Origin: Acidimicrobiia bacterium
GTDB lineage: Bacteria; Actinomycetota; Acidimicrobiia; Spongiisociales; JAENVV01
Direction of reading: 5' to 3'
DNA length: 64,000 nucleotides
Assembly (NCBI GenBank): GCA_041628225.1
Contig: JBFKPQ010000001.1
Span: 13,518-77,517, forward strand
Positions within the stretch are counted from its first letter, which is position 1. Every line of letters begins with the position of its first letter. This document shows, in pieces, positions 46,197 through 56,117 of this stretch. The notes under the pieces are model-generated. The model was given only the letters and a program-made list of their open reading frames with translations, had not been told where the DNA came from and searched no databases. The position numbers and the translations under genes are program-made.

Positions 46197-46805
46197 GTGC
46201 CCAGGATCCGCGCCGCCAGCATCGAGCAACACAAGGAACTCACCCGTCAGGAGTTGCTCGAAGCCGCCGAAGAACTCATCGGCCTGCACGGCTACGAGCA
46301 CGTGTCGCTGGGCGACGTCGCAGCGGCCGTGGGCATCGGCCGCACGACGGTCTACGAGTACTTCCGCGACAAGGAGGATCTCCTGGCCACCCTCGTCGAG
46401 GAGACGTTGCCGCAGACGATCGATGACATGGTGTCCGAGATCCCCGCCGATCTGCCGTACCGGGATCGTCTGGCGGCCCTGGCGGTCCGTATGGTCGAGT
46501 TCGTCGCCACCGATCCGACGCTGGGCCTGATCCTGCACCGCGAGGTCGCCAAGCTCTCCGTCGAGGCCCAGGATCGAGTGGCGGTGGCCCACCGTGGCCT
46601 GTCGGGCGAATTCGTTTCGATCTATCGCGGAGGTGTCCAGGCCGGCGAACTCAAATCGCTTCCGCCGGACTTCGTCGGACGCTTCCTCCAGGACCTCATC
46701 ATGTCGGCCGCCAACGTGCTCATCGACTCGCCCGAGCCCATCAGCCGTCGGGACGAGGTGACCGAAGCCATGGTGTCGGTGTTGCTGGACGGCATCGCCA
46801 CGTGA
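46197..46805 (+). CDS. TetR-family transcriptional regulator
   Basis: HTH in LGDVAAAVGIGRTTVYEYFRDKEDLL. Confidence 0.8.
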   Translation: MPRIRAASIEQHKELTRQELLEAAEELIGLHGYEHVSLGDVAAAVGIGRTTVYEYFRDKEDLLATLVEETLPQTIDDMVSEIPADLPYRDRLAALAVRMVEFVATDPTLGLILHREVAKLSVEAQDRVAVAHRGLSGEFVSIYRGGVQAGELKSLPPDFVGRFLQDLIMSAANVLIDSPEPISRRDEVTEAMVSVLLDGIAT

Positions 46806-48004
46806 GAACCCTGTTCGCCGGTGGCCGCGTGTTCGACGCCGAGGCCGCCCGTTTCGAAACCGCCGACGTGGTCATCGACGGAGATCGCATCGTCGAGGTC
46901 GGCTCAGACCTGGACGGCGACACGGTGGTCGACTGTGCCGGACGCGACATCCTGCCGGGCTTCTTCGACTGTCACGTGCACGTCACGCTGTCGCATATCG
47001 ACATCGGCCGGCGCGTGCACGAGCCCTATTCGTTGGGGTTCTTCGAAGCGGTGGGAAACCTGTCCCGCACGTTGCGCGCCGGGGTGACCTCCGTCCGCGA
47101 TGCCGGCGGCGCCGATCTGGGCGTCAAGACGGCTGTCGAGCAGGGCCTCATCGAAGGGCCGCGCATGCAGATCACGATTCAGATGGTGTCACAAACCGGT
47201 GGCCACGGTGACGGTTGGCTTCCGTCCGGGAGCGTGCACCGGTTTCTCTTCGGACAGCATCCGGGGTCACCGAACGCGATCGCCGACGGCCCGGACGAGA
47301 TTCGGCGGTTGATCCGAACCTTGTTGCAGGCCGGTGCCGACGCCATCAAGGTGGCGACGTCGGGCGGTGTTCTCTCGCCGAGCGACGATCCGAGGCACCC
47401 CCACTTCCGGCCCGAGGAACTCGCGGTCCTCGTCGCCGAGGCCGATGCCGGCGGCGTCCCGGTCATGGCTCACGCGCAGGCGACGGAGGGCATCAAGAAC
47501 GCCGTGGCGGCCGGTATCCGCTCGATCGAGCACGGCATCTACCTCGACGACGAGGCGATCGACATGATGCTGGAACGGGGTACCTTCCTCGTCCCCACAC
47601 TCTTGGCGCCACGCGGGGTGCTCGACGCGGCGGCGGCAGGCGCAGCGATCCCCGAAGCGTCGGTTCGCAAGGCAGCCGAAGTGGTCGACGTCCACAAGGC
47701 GTCGTTTCGGCGGGCCGTGGAGGCCGGCGTGAACATCGCGCTCGGCACCGACTCGGGTGTCACCCCGCACGGCTCCAACCTGAGAGAACTCGCCCTCATG
47801 GTCGACGGCGGCATGCGCCCCGAGGCCGCCCTCCGGGCCGGCACCATCGAGGCGGCCCGCCTGCTCCGGACCGAGTCGGAGCTCGGTTCGATCCATTCCG
47901 GCAAGCTGGCCGACCTCGTCATCGTCGACGGAGACGCTTCGGACGTGGCCACACTCCCTGAGCGCGTCGTCGCGGTATGGAAGGGCGGACGGCTCGTCGG
48001 ATGA
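46802..48004 (+). CDS. Metal-dependent amidohydrolase (imidazolonepropionase/prolidase-like superfamily)
   Basis: HxH at the N-terminus (FFDCHVHV) and downstream His/Asp ligands. Overlaps the tetR stop. Confidence 0.8.
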   Translation: MRTLFAGGRVFDAEAARFETADVVIDGDRIVEVGSDLDGDTVVDCAGRDILPGFFDCHVHVTLSHIDIGRRVHEPYSLGFFEAVGNLSRTLRAGVTSVRDAGGADLGVKTAVEQGLIEGPRMQITIQMVSQTGGHGDGWLPSGSVHRFLFGQHPGSPNAIADGPDEIRRLIRTLLQAGADAIKVATSGGVLSPSDDPRHPHFRPEELAVLVAEADAGGVPVMAHAQATEGIKNAVAAGIRSIEHGIYLDDEAIDMMLERGTFLVPTLLAPRGVLDAAAAGAAIPEASVRKAAEVVDVHKASFRRAVEAGVNIALGTDSGVTPHGSNLRELALMVDGGMRPEAALRAGTIEAARLLRTESELGSIHSGKLADLVIVDGDASDVATLPERVVAVWKGGRLVG

Positions 48005-48738
48005 GTCCGGAGACGATCCGGCGTCCCGGGTCGGGCCGGCGGCGTACGCTCAGTCGGGTGACGATACGCGTCGCGGTGACGACGAGCGCCGACCGGGCGA
48101 GCGGCATGTCCGCCGAATTGGTGGCGGCCGGCCTGCAACCGATCGTCCTGCCCTGCGTCGAGCTACGCACATCCCCACCCTCGGTGCTCGCCCGGGCTCG
48201 TGCGGCCGCAGAAGAGGCGGACCTGCTGATCCTCGCATCGGCGCGTCCCCTCGACCTGCTCTGGCCGTCCGGGCCTCTGCCGGCAACTCCGGTGGCGGCG
48301 GTACGAGCATCGACCGCCTCGAAGGTGGCCGAGCGTGGCGGGAAGGTGGTGGCTGTCGGCGAAGGCGAACGTCCCCTCGAGTTCGCCGAATCGCTGGTCG
48401 AGCACGTCACGGGTCTGTCGGTGGCTTTCCCCCACGCATCGTCCACCGATCCGCGCGCCATCGTCACCATCGCCGATGCCGCCGCCGCCTGTGCCACGAT
48501 CTGTGTCTATTCCGTCGCGGCGGCCGCTCCCGGCCCGGATGTCGTGGAAGCCGTGGTGTTTCAATCACCCGCGTCGGTCCACGGTTGGGCCATGACACGC
48601 TCGTTCGACGCACACGTCGTCGCCTGCAACGGGAGGGCCACCCGCTCGGCGCTCACGGACCACGCGCGCGACCCCGATGTGTTCGTCCCGGATCACGATT
48701 ACTCCTCCCTCGCGTCCGCCCTGGCTGCCAGGTTCTGA
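48001..48738 (+). CDS. Uroporphyrinogen-III synthase (HemD)-like domain protein
   Basis: ATGA overlap with the amidohydrolase stop. Two-lobe HemD-like repeat pattern (ILASARPLD..., VVFQSPASV). Confidence 0.5.
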   Translation: MSPETIRRPGSGRRRTLSRVTIRVAVTTSADRASGMSAELVAAGLQPIVLPCVELRTSPPSVLARARAAAEEADLLILASARPLDLLWPSGPLPATPVAAVRASTASKVAERGGKVVAVGEGERPLEFAESLVEHVTGLSVAFPHASSTDPRAIVTIADAAAACATICVYSVAAAAPGPDVVEAVVFQSPASVHGWAMTRSFDAHVVACNGRATRSALTDHARDPDVFVPDHDYSSLASALAARF

Positions 48739-48842
48739 CAGGAAGCAGTTGTCAACCGCCGGATGGGGGCGCTATGTTGCCTCAGCCGCCTTCCGGCGGC
48801 TATCCCTGGTGCGTACATCGCACTCGCAGGCTAAGGAGAACC

Positions 48843-50039
48843 ATGAGAAGCAAGCGATATCTTCTCGCGATCCTTGTGGTGCTGGGACTCGTGGCAGTCG
48901 CATGTACGGCTGATGAGACCACCACCACGGACGCGACGACCCCTGATTCCCCCACGGCGACCACTGCAGCTGGTGGTGGCGACACCCCGGCCACGACGGC
49001 CGGCGACGTAGGTGCCCAGCCCGGTGGCGGCGCAACGCTCGATGAGGTGCGCGCTCGCGGCGTCCTGAAGTGTGGAGTGTCCGGCTCGGCCGTGGCGTTC
49101 TCGGAGACCCAGCCCGACGGTTCGGTCACCGGTTTCGACGCCGACTTCTGCCGCGCCGTTGCAGCAGCCGTCCTCGGCGATGCCACGGCCGTCGAGATGC
49201 CGGCTCTTACCGCAGCCGAGCGCTTCACCGTGCTCGCCTCCGGTGAGATCGACGTGCTGATCCGCAACACGACGTACACCCAGTCCCGTGACACGACGTT
49301 GGGTCTGGACTTCGGGCCGACGACCTACTTCGACGGTCAAGGCATCATGGGCAAGGCGGAGCGAGGCTTCACGGCAGACTCCACGCTGGCCGACGTCGAT
49401 GGAGCGATCCTCTGCACGAACGCCGGTACCACGACCGAGAAGAACATCACCGAGGGTGCTGCTCAGGCCGGTGCCACGATCCAGCTGTCGACCGTCGAGA
49501 CCTTCCCGGAGGCGCTCGAAGGCTTCAAGGCGGGTACGTGTGACCTCGTGACGACGGACGCCTCGGGTCTGGTCGGCAACAAGGTCTCGGCCGAGCGCAA
49601 CGGTGAGATCGCCGAGGGCGACTGGGTCGTGTTCCCCCGTGCTCCGATCTCCAAGGAGCCGCTGGGTCCGGTGTACCGCCAGAACGACAGCCAGTGGGCT
49701 GACATCGTCAACTGGGTCGTCTACGCCACCTTCATCGCCGATGAGAAGGGCGTGACCTCGGCCAACATCGATGATGTGATCGCCGGTATCACCTATGCCG
49801 CCGACGGCACGCTCGAGTCGGGCGATCCCGAGCTCGGACGTCTGTTCGGCGTCGGCGCCGACGAGCTGCAGACCTCGATGGGACTGGACGCCGATGCGTT
49901 CTACCAGGTGGTCAAGCAGGTCGGTAGCTACGGCGAGATCTTCGATCGCAACCTGAACCCGGTTGGTCTGTTCCGCGACGGTACGCCGAACGCGCAGTGG
50001 ACCGACGGTGGTCTCATCTACGCACCGCCGGCTCGGTAG
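48843..50039 (+). CDS. Polar amino-acid ABC transporter substrate-binding lipoprotein (family 3, AapJ-like)
   Basis: RBS AAGGAGAA; signal peptide plus lipobox (LVAVAC); Thr-rich linker; SBP_bac_3 fold. Confidence 0.8.
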   Translation: MRSKRYLLAILVVLGLVAVACTADETTTTDATTPDSPTATTAAGGGDTPATTAGDVGAQPGGGATLDEVRARGVLKCGVSGSAVAFSETQPDGSVTGFDADFCRAVAAAVLGDATAVEMPALTAAERFTVLASGEIDVLIRNTTYTQSRDTTLGLDFGPTTYFDGQGIMGKAERGFTADSTLADVDGAILCTNAGTTTEKNITEGAAQAGATIQLSTVETFPEALEGFKAGTCDLVTTDASGLVGNKVSAERNGEIAEGDWVVFPRAPISKEPLGPVYRQNDSQWADIVNWVVYATFIADEKGVTSANIDDVIAGITYAADGTLESGDPELGRLFGVGADELQTSMGLDADAFYQVVKQVGSYGEIFDRNLNPVGLFRDGTPNAQWTDGGLIYAPPAR

Positions 50040-50052
50040 TCGACGGTCTGAA

Positions 50053-50104
50053 CCGCCGACTCGTCGGCGGAAAAATATCGAGGGGGGGCGCCATCGGCGC
50101 CCCC
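50053..50104 (+). terminator. Two consecutive hairpins between the SBP gene and the permease genes (partial terminator/attenuator)
   Basis: ccgccgac-tcgtcggcgg followed by aaaaatat, then ggggggcgcc-atcg-gcgcccccc. Confidence 0.5.
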
Positions 50105-50162
50105 GCTTGCTTTATGGTGGACGAGGCCCGTCGACCGACGCGCCTGGAGGCGAGAGCGAATC

Positions 50163-51698
50163 GTGACGACCACCATCCAACGGCCAAAGCGACCGCCGGT
50201 TTGGCGCGACATCACGGTCCTGAAGTGGACGGCGCAGATCGTGTTCCTGTTCCTGGTCGTCGGTCTCTTCTGGGTATTGGGCACCGAGGCGGTCGACAAC
50301 CTCCGCGCCCAGAACATCCCGCTGTCGACCGACTTCCTCTCGCGGCCCGTCGGCATCACGCTCGGCGAGGGTTTCAACACCACGCCCGGGTCGGGAATCG
50401 AGGCGATCGCCGTCGGGATCGTCAACATGCTGCGCGTCACCATCTCGGGCATCATCGCGGCCACGATCCTCGGCATCATCGTCGGCGTCAGCCGCCTTTC
50501 GAGCAACTGGCTCGTCAACAAGGTCGCAACGGGTTACATCGAGATCATCCGCAACATCCCCCTCCTCGTCCAGATCGTGTTCTGGCTGGTGGTGGTGCAG
50601 ACGTTCGAGGAGTTGACGGTCGAGGATCGTGGTGAGGGGTTGTTCTACGCGTCGCCAAAGGGCTTCGCCTTCGCCTGGTTTCGGCCCACTGAGACCCGCT
50701 GGCAGTGGGTGGCATTCGTCGCCATCGGGCTCGCGGTCGCTTGGTTCGTCTATCGCTGGCGGATCAAGATCCAAGAGTCAGGCGCGCACGACGCCCACGC
50801 CTTCGCGTGGTCGGGCGGTGTGCTCCTGGCATTCGCCGTGGTCGGCCTGTTCGCGCATCCGCTCATGGGTGTCTTCGGATGGATCTTTGGTGCGATCGCC
50901 TGGGTCTTCGGCAATGTCCCGCTGTTCGTCTTCCAGCTGCTGCTGGCGGGGCTCGCTCTGTACATCGGCTGGCGGGTGATCTCCACCCGGCTCGACGAGC
51001 TCCGTACCCCGGCCGGACTGGGCAAGCTTTCCGACGACGACTGGTACCGGCTGATCATGGCCGGCGTCTTGGGCCTCGCCGGAGCGATCTTCTTCCTCGT
51101 CTCGGATGGCGTGGTCGGCAACATCATGGGCCGCACGCCATTGTTCGGCGCCCGGGTCGGTCTCGAGCCGTTGTTCAGCTCGTTCGCCGATCGATTCTCG
51201 TTCTCGGGTGGTTGGCCGTTCGATTTCTCGCCGGCCCTGGTGGCCGGTGATCGGTTCGTGAACTTCGATCTCGCGGCCGGCAAGGTCATGACCCCGGCGT
51301 TCTTCGCACTCTGGACCGGGGTCACGCTCTACACGGCCGCGTTCATCGGCGAAGCGGTGCGAGCCGGCATCATGGCGGTCCCGCGCGGCCAGACCGAAGC
51401 TGGCCTGGCGGTCGGTCTCAAGCGCGGTCAGCTCCTCCGCATGATCGTGCTGCCCCAGGCGTTCCGGATCATCCTCCCGCCGATCGGCAACCAGTACCTC
51501 AACCTCGCCAAGAATACGTCGCTCGGTATCGCCGTCGCCTACTCCGAGCTGGTGCAGGTGGGTCAGACCATCTTCAACCAGACCGGTCAGACGATCCCCG
51601 TATTCATCATCTGGATGCTGTGGTTCTCGTTCGTGAGCCTCTCGCTGTCGGCGGTCGTCAACGCCTGGAACAGGCGTCTCAAACTGGTGGAGCGCTGA
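50163..51698 (+). CDS. Amino-acid ABC transporter permease (AapQ-like)
   Basis: His/Glu/Gln/Arg/opine-family permease EAA region (AAFIGEAVRAGIMAVPRGQTEAGLAVGL). Confidence 0.8.
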   Translation: MTTTIQRPKRPPVWRDITVLKWTAQIVFLFLVVGLFWVLGTEAVDNLRAQNIPLSTDFLSRPVGITLGEGFNTTPGSGIEAIAVGIVNMLRVTISGIIAATILGIIVGVSRLSSNWLVNKVATGYIEIIRNIPLLVQIVFWLVVVQTFEELTVEDRGEGLFYASPKGFAFAWFRPTETRWQWVAFVAIGLAVAWFVYRWRIKIQESGAHDAHAFAWSGGVLLAFAVVGLFAHPLMGVFGWIFGAIAWVFGNVPLFVFQLLLAGLALYIGWRVISTRLDELRTPAGLGKLSDDDWYRLIMAGVLGLAGAIFFLVSDGVVGNIMGRTPLFGARVGLEPLFSSFADRFSFSGGWPFDFSPALVAGDRFVNFDLAAGKVMTPAFFALWTGVTLYTAAFIGEAVRAGIMAVPRGQTEAGLAVGLKRGQLLRMIVLPQAFRIILPPIGNQYLNLAKNTSLGIAVAYSELVQVGQTIFNQTGQTIPVFIIWMLWFSFVSLSLSAVVNAWNRRLKLVER

Positions 51699-51699
51699 T

Positions 51700-53541
51700 A
51701 TGGACGAGATGACGTCGGTCGCGGCCGTTCCGGAGTCGCCACCCGAGCCGCCGCCCCACGGCCCGGTCCTCTGGCTCAAGAACAACCTGTTCTCGGGTGC
51801 GCTCAACACCGCACTGACCCTGTTCCTCACCCCGGTCCTGTTGCTGTCGATTCGTGGTGTCTTGGGCTGGGCGGTCGATCCGCTCCGCAAGTGGCCGGCC
51901 GTGACGACCAACGCTCGGCTCCTGTCGGTGCAGGCGTATCCCGAAGCGCATTTCATCCGGGTGTGGATCGCGGTCGGGATCGTCGCCACGCTCTCGGGTC
52001 TCTCGGCCGCCGCGTGGGGTCTGGGAGGCCGCATGACGGTGCGCCGCATCGCCAAGGGTATGAAGGTGGCCGGAGCCATCTTGTTGGGCGTGGCCTTGAT
52101 CACGCCGGGTCTCTTCACCGACTTCGGTTCCTTCCGCCTCTGGTTGATCGTCCTCGGCGCCGGCCTGCTCGGCGGAGGACTTGCCTGGACTGCTGCGCTC
52201 GGCATGCGCGCCAAGGACGTCCGCATCCCCACGATGTCGGTGATCGGGCTTCTGCTGCTTGCGTTGATCGGGTTCCTGTGGATCGTGCAACTGCCCGTTT
52301 CCAATGTGCTCGTCGACGGCGAGCGCATCATCACCTACGAGCCGCTGGCCAACTCGACCAAGCTGCCGTGGACGATGATCATCGTCATCCTGGCGGCGGC
52401 CTACCTCATCGGCACGATGATCCGGTCAGCCGTCCCGAACCTGCAGCGGATCTTGTCGATGCTGTGGTTCCTGTCCTTCCCCTTCACCCTGATGATCGTG
52501 ATGCGGGCACCCGACATCGAGTGGGACAAGGTCGTGGCGATCGACCTTCCCATCTTCCTGCTCGTCGGGGTGGTCGGTTCGGTGGCGTTCTACTGGATGG
52601 GCAACCCGTCGACCGGTGAGGCAGGCCGCATCGTTGCTGCGCTGTGGGTGGTCGGCATCGTGCTGTGGATGTGGCAGTCGTGGCGGGTCGACGTGCCGGC
52701 CGCCCTCGACTTCACCGTCGTGCTGTTGTTCAAAGCTGCGGTGTTCCTCGGCGCGCTGTTCGCCACCGCCGCCCCCAGCTTCGGTGGCCCGCGCGCCGCT
52801 CGACTGCGGTATCTCGGGATGTGGTGGTCGGCGCTGTTCCTGCTCGTCGTGGCGTTCCGACTGGGAGAGGCGCGGTCGATCCTCGAACTCGGCGGGGCCT
52901 CGTTTGTCGGGGGTCTCGCTCTGACGTTCACCCTGGCCATCGCCGGTATCGGGCTGTCGTTCCCGCTGGGCATCCTCCTGGCGCTCGGCCGCTCGTCGAC
53001 GATGCCGATCATTCGAACCATCTCGACGGGCTATATCGAACTCGTCCGCTCGGTGCCACTGATCACCTGGCTGTTCGTCGGCTCGAACCTGCTGCCGCTC
53101 TTCTTGCCTGCAGAGGTCGAACTGGACCAGGTGGTCCGGGCGATCGCAGCCATCGCCCTGTTCTCGGCGGCCTATCTGGCCGAGAACGTCCGAGGCGGTC
53201 TCCAGTCGATACCGAAGGGCCAATACGAGGCCGCCGACGCGGTTGGCATGTCCACCGTGCAGAAGATCTCGCTCATCACGATGCCACAAGCGCTGCGGGC
53301 GGTCATCCCGGCGCTGGTCGGGCAGGTCATCGCCCTCTTCAAGGACACCTCGCTGGTGGCCATCATCGGGCTGTTCGACCTCTTGTACATCGCCCGGAGC
53401 GTCATTCCCGGCCAGAGCGCCAACCTCGGTTCGATCATGGTGACGACGGTCACGGCGGCCGTGGTCTATTGGGTGTTCACGTTCAGCTTCTCGCGAGCCT
53501 CGATGCGGCTCGAGAAGAGGCTCGGACTCGGTGAGCGTTAG
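51700..53541 (+). CDS. Amino-acid ABC transporter permease (AapM-like) with a long N-terminal multi-TM extension
   Basis: C-terminal 280 aa is the canonical permease ([29 protein letters not shown]). The preceding 330 aa has extra hydrophobic helices; 613 aa in total. Confidence 0.75.
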   Translation: MDEMTSVAAVPESPPEPPPHGPVLWLKNNLFSGALNTALTLFLTPVLLLSIRGVLGWAVDPLRKWPAVTTNARLLSVQAYPEAHFIRVWIAVGIVATLSGLSAAAWGLGGRMTVRRIAKGMKVAGAILLGVALITPGLFTDFGSFRLWLIVLGAGLLGGGLAWTAALGMRAKDVRIPTMSVIGLLLLALIGFLWIVQLPVSNVLVDGERIITYEPLANSTKLPWTMIIVILAAAYLIGTMIRSAVPNLQRILSMLWFLSFPFTLMIVMRAPDIEWDKVVAIDLPIFLLVGVVGSVAFYWMGNPSTGEAGRIVAALWVVGIVLWMWQSWRVDVPAALDFTVVLLFKAAVFLGALFATAAPSFGGPRAARLRYLGMWWSALFLLVVAFRLGEARSILELGGASFVGGLALTFTLAIAGIGLSFPLGILLALGRSSTMPIIRTISTGYIELVRSVPLITWLFVGSNLLPLFLPAEVELDQVVRAIAAIALFSAAYLAENVRGGLQSIPKGQYEAADAVGMSTVQKISLITMPQALRAVIPALVGQVIALFKDTSLVAIIGLFDLLYIARSVIPGQSANLGSIMVTTVTAAVVYWVFTFSFSRASMRLEKRLGLGER

Positions 53542-53549
53542 GAGAAACG

Positions 53550-54284
53550 GTGAGCGAAGAGATCATCCAGTGCAGAGGCGTCAAGAAGTGGTTCGGTGAC
53601 TTCCAGGCCCTGAAAGGCATCGACCTCGATGTCACCAAGGGCGAGGTCGTCGTCATCATCGGACCGTCCGGCTCGGGCAAGTCGACGTTCATTCGTTGTA
53701 TCAACCGGCTCGAGGTCCACCAGGAGGGCCAGATCGTCGTCGACGGTATCGAACTGACCAACGACGTCCGGAACATAGAAGCCATCCGCAAGGACGTCGG
53801 CATGGTATTCCAGTCCTTCAACCTGTTCCCACATCTCACCGTGATGGACAACATCGCGCTCGCTCCGGTCTGGGTGAAGAAGAAGCCCAAGCAGGAGGCC
53901 ATCGCCTTCGGCCGCAGTCTCCTCGAACGGGTCGGCATCCCCGAACAGGCGGAGAAGTACCCCGGCCAGCTGTCCGGCGGTCAGCAGCAGCGCGTGGCCA
54001 TCGCCCGGGCGCTCGCCATGGAACCGAAGATCATGCTGTTCGACGAGCCGACCTCGGCGCTCGACCCTGAGATGGTCAAAGAAGTGCTCGACGCGATGAA
54101 GGAACTGGCCAAGTCGGGTATGACGATGCTGGTCGTGACCCACGAGATGGGCTTCGCTCGGGAAGTCGCCGACCGCGTGCTCTTCTTCGACTTCGGGGAG
54201 ATCGTCGAAGCGGGCACGCCGGAGCACTTCTTCACCAACCCGCAGCACGATCGCACGAAGCTGTTCCTGAGTCAGATCCTCTGA
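53550..54284 (+). CDS. Amino-acid ABC transporter ATP-binding protein (GlnQ/AapP-like)
   Basis: Walker [10 protein letters not shown], signature [14 protein letters not shown], Walker [12 protein letters not shown]. Confidence 0.9.
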   Translation: MSEEIIQCRGVKKWFGDFQALKGIDLDVTKGEVVVIIGPSGSGKSTFIRCINRLEVHQEGQIVVDGIELTNDVRNIEAIRKDVGMVFQSFNLFPHLTVMDNIALAPVWVKKKPKQEAIAFGRSLLERVGIPEQAEKYPGQLSGGQQQRVAIARALAMEPKIMLFDEPTSALDPEMVKEVLDAMKELAKSGMTMLVVTHEMGFAREVADRVLFFDFGEIVEAGTPEHFFTNPQHDRTKLFLSQIL

Positions 54285-54307
54285 TCTGATCTCCTACCCT
54301 GGGCGCC

Positions 54308-55621
54308 ATGCACAGGGTGCGCACCCTCATGGCGTGTCTGCTGGCCGTCGTGGCCGCCTGTGGTGGCGACGCGTCCACCACGAGCTCGGCCCCCACTACG
54401 ACGACGGTCGCCGTGACGACCACGACACGCCCGGTGGCCACCACGACGACGCTCAGCCGGTTCGTCGAAGCACCGGCGACCGTTGACTCAGTCCACTACG
54501 TGATCGAGCTTGGCGCTCTCGTCCGCGAGCCCGGCCTGACCGACATCGACTTCGACGTCACCGTCGAGGGCGACATCGTCGGCGACCGCGAGCAGTACTC
54601 CGTCCTCACCCGGTACGGCGTCACCGTCTTCGAGGAGCAGTTCGTGCTCATCGGTGACGAAGCGTGGATCAAAGAGGGGCGCAAGCCGTGGCGGGTCTAC
54701 GATCCCGATCTCGAAGGAGAGCTGGACGAGCCGAGTGCCGCCGCCGTCCTCGGCGACTACGACGATCTGTACGACGGACTGTCGGAGCTCGACTGGGCGA
54801 TCGAGACCGTCGACGGCAAGCGCGCCCGTCGCTATGCACTCCCCACCGACCGGCGGCTTCGCTTGATCGATTGGCTCCCGAACGATCTCTTCTCCGTCGT
54901 GACCTCTGCCGACGATCTCGCCATCGACGTGTGGATCGATGCCGACACCAACGATCTCCTGCGCGTGGCCATGGACATGAAGGGGGGACCCGATCTGTTG
55001 GCGACCGAAGGGTTCGACCCGGACGAGTTCGCCGACGGTACGGACGTCACGATGACCGTCACGGTCGAATTCAGCGAACACGGCTCCGATCGGATCGTCG
55101 TCCGGGAGCCGCTCCTCGTCGGATCCGACGGCGTACCGGAGGGTCTCTTCCTGTACGAAGAACCGGACTTCGGGTATCGCCTGCTCCTGCCGCTCGATTG
55201 GGAGCTGTTGCCCAGCGAGAGCTATCCGGGTTTCGACATCCCCTTGCTGACGCTGCCCCCCTTCGACGTCCCGGAGGACGTTGTCCTCACCCTCTCGGTC
55301 GAAGACCTCCGCTCCGAACCGGGCTTGCGGGCCGAGGACTATGCCCTCATCCATGTCGACGTCTATGCCGGCCGGGCCGATTACGAGATCCGCGTCAGCG
55401 AGCGCACCGAGGTAGATGGCATACCCGGATGGCGGGTGGTCGCCGACGTCGCCGACATCGACGCGCCGTACACACTGGAGTCCGTCGTGGTGCTCGTCGG
55501 GACGGATGGGTACGCCCTCGACTACGTCGGTTACGACGGGTGGTACGAGGAGACGGAGGAAGTGCGAACCCTGATCCTCGAATCGTTCGAGTTCTGGGAG
55601 CCCGAAGCCGGCTCCACCTGA
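54308..55621 (+). CDS. Putative lipoprotein (hypothetical, acidic)
   Basis: Signal peptide plus lipobox (VVAAC) and a Thr-rich linker; 437 aa. Confidence 0.55.
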   Translation: MHRVRTLMACLLAVVAACGGDASTTSSAPTTTTVAVTTTTRPVATTTTLSRFVEAPATVDSVHYVIELGALVREPGLTDIDFDVTVEGDIVGDREQYSVLTRYGVTVFEEQFVLIGDEAWIKEGRKPWRVYDPDLEGELDEPSAAAVLGDYDDLYDGLSELDWAIETVDGKRARRYALPTDRRLRLIDWLPNDLFSVVTSADDLAIDVWIDADTNDLLRVAMDMKGGPDLLATEGFDPDEFADGTDVTMTVTVEFSEHGSDRIVVREPLLVGSDGVPEGLFLYEEPDFGYRLLLPLDWELLPSESYPGFDIPLLTLPPFDVPEDVVLTLSVEDLRSEPGLRAEDYALIHVDVYAGRADYEIRVSERTEVDGIPGWRVVADVADIDAPYTLESVVVLVGTDGYALDYVGYDGWYEETEEVRTLILESFEFWEPEAGST

Positions 55622-55696
55622 TTGTGACCATCGGCCCGATGAGGCCGATCCGATCTGTCCCTACCATCGCGGCAGACACCATGAGGAGACGACCCG

Positions 55697-56053
55697 ATGC
55701 ATGGACCGCACCATGATGTGATCGGTGCCCTTCGGCAGCCCAGCCGTGACCTGCGCGACGCCATTCCCGCCACTTGGAGCGCCTTCAGCCAGCTCCACAA
55801 GGAAGCCCTGGCCGACGGAGCTCTGCCAGGCCACATCAAAGAACTCATCGCGCTCGCCATCTCCGTCGTCGACGGCTGTGATGGTTGTGTGGCCTATCAC
55901 GCCCGCGGCGCTGCCCACCAGGGGGCGACGGAGGAAGAAGCGGCCGAGGCCATCGGTGTGAGTCTGCTGATGGCCGGAGGACCTGCGACCATCTGGGGTC
56001 CGAGAGCCCTCGAGGCGTTTCGCGAGTTCAGGGAGACGGCGCCGGCTCAGTGA
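55697..56053 (+). CDS. Carboxymuconolactone decarboxylase/AhpD-like family protein
   Basis: CxxC-type motif VVDGCDGCVAYH within a CMD fold; 118 aa. Confidence 0.7.
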   Translation: MHGPHHDVIGALRQPSRDLRDAIPATWSAFSQLHKEALADGALPGHIKELIALAISVVDGCDGCVAYHARGAAHQGATEEEAAEAIGVSLLMAGGPATIWGPRALEAFREFRETAPAQ

Positions 56054-56117
56054 TCCCGGCCCTCGGCGGGAGCTCGGTGCGGCCGGCCACTGATACGTCA
56101 GCGATCACCGGCTTGCG

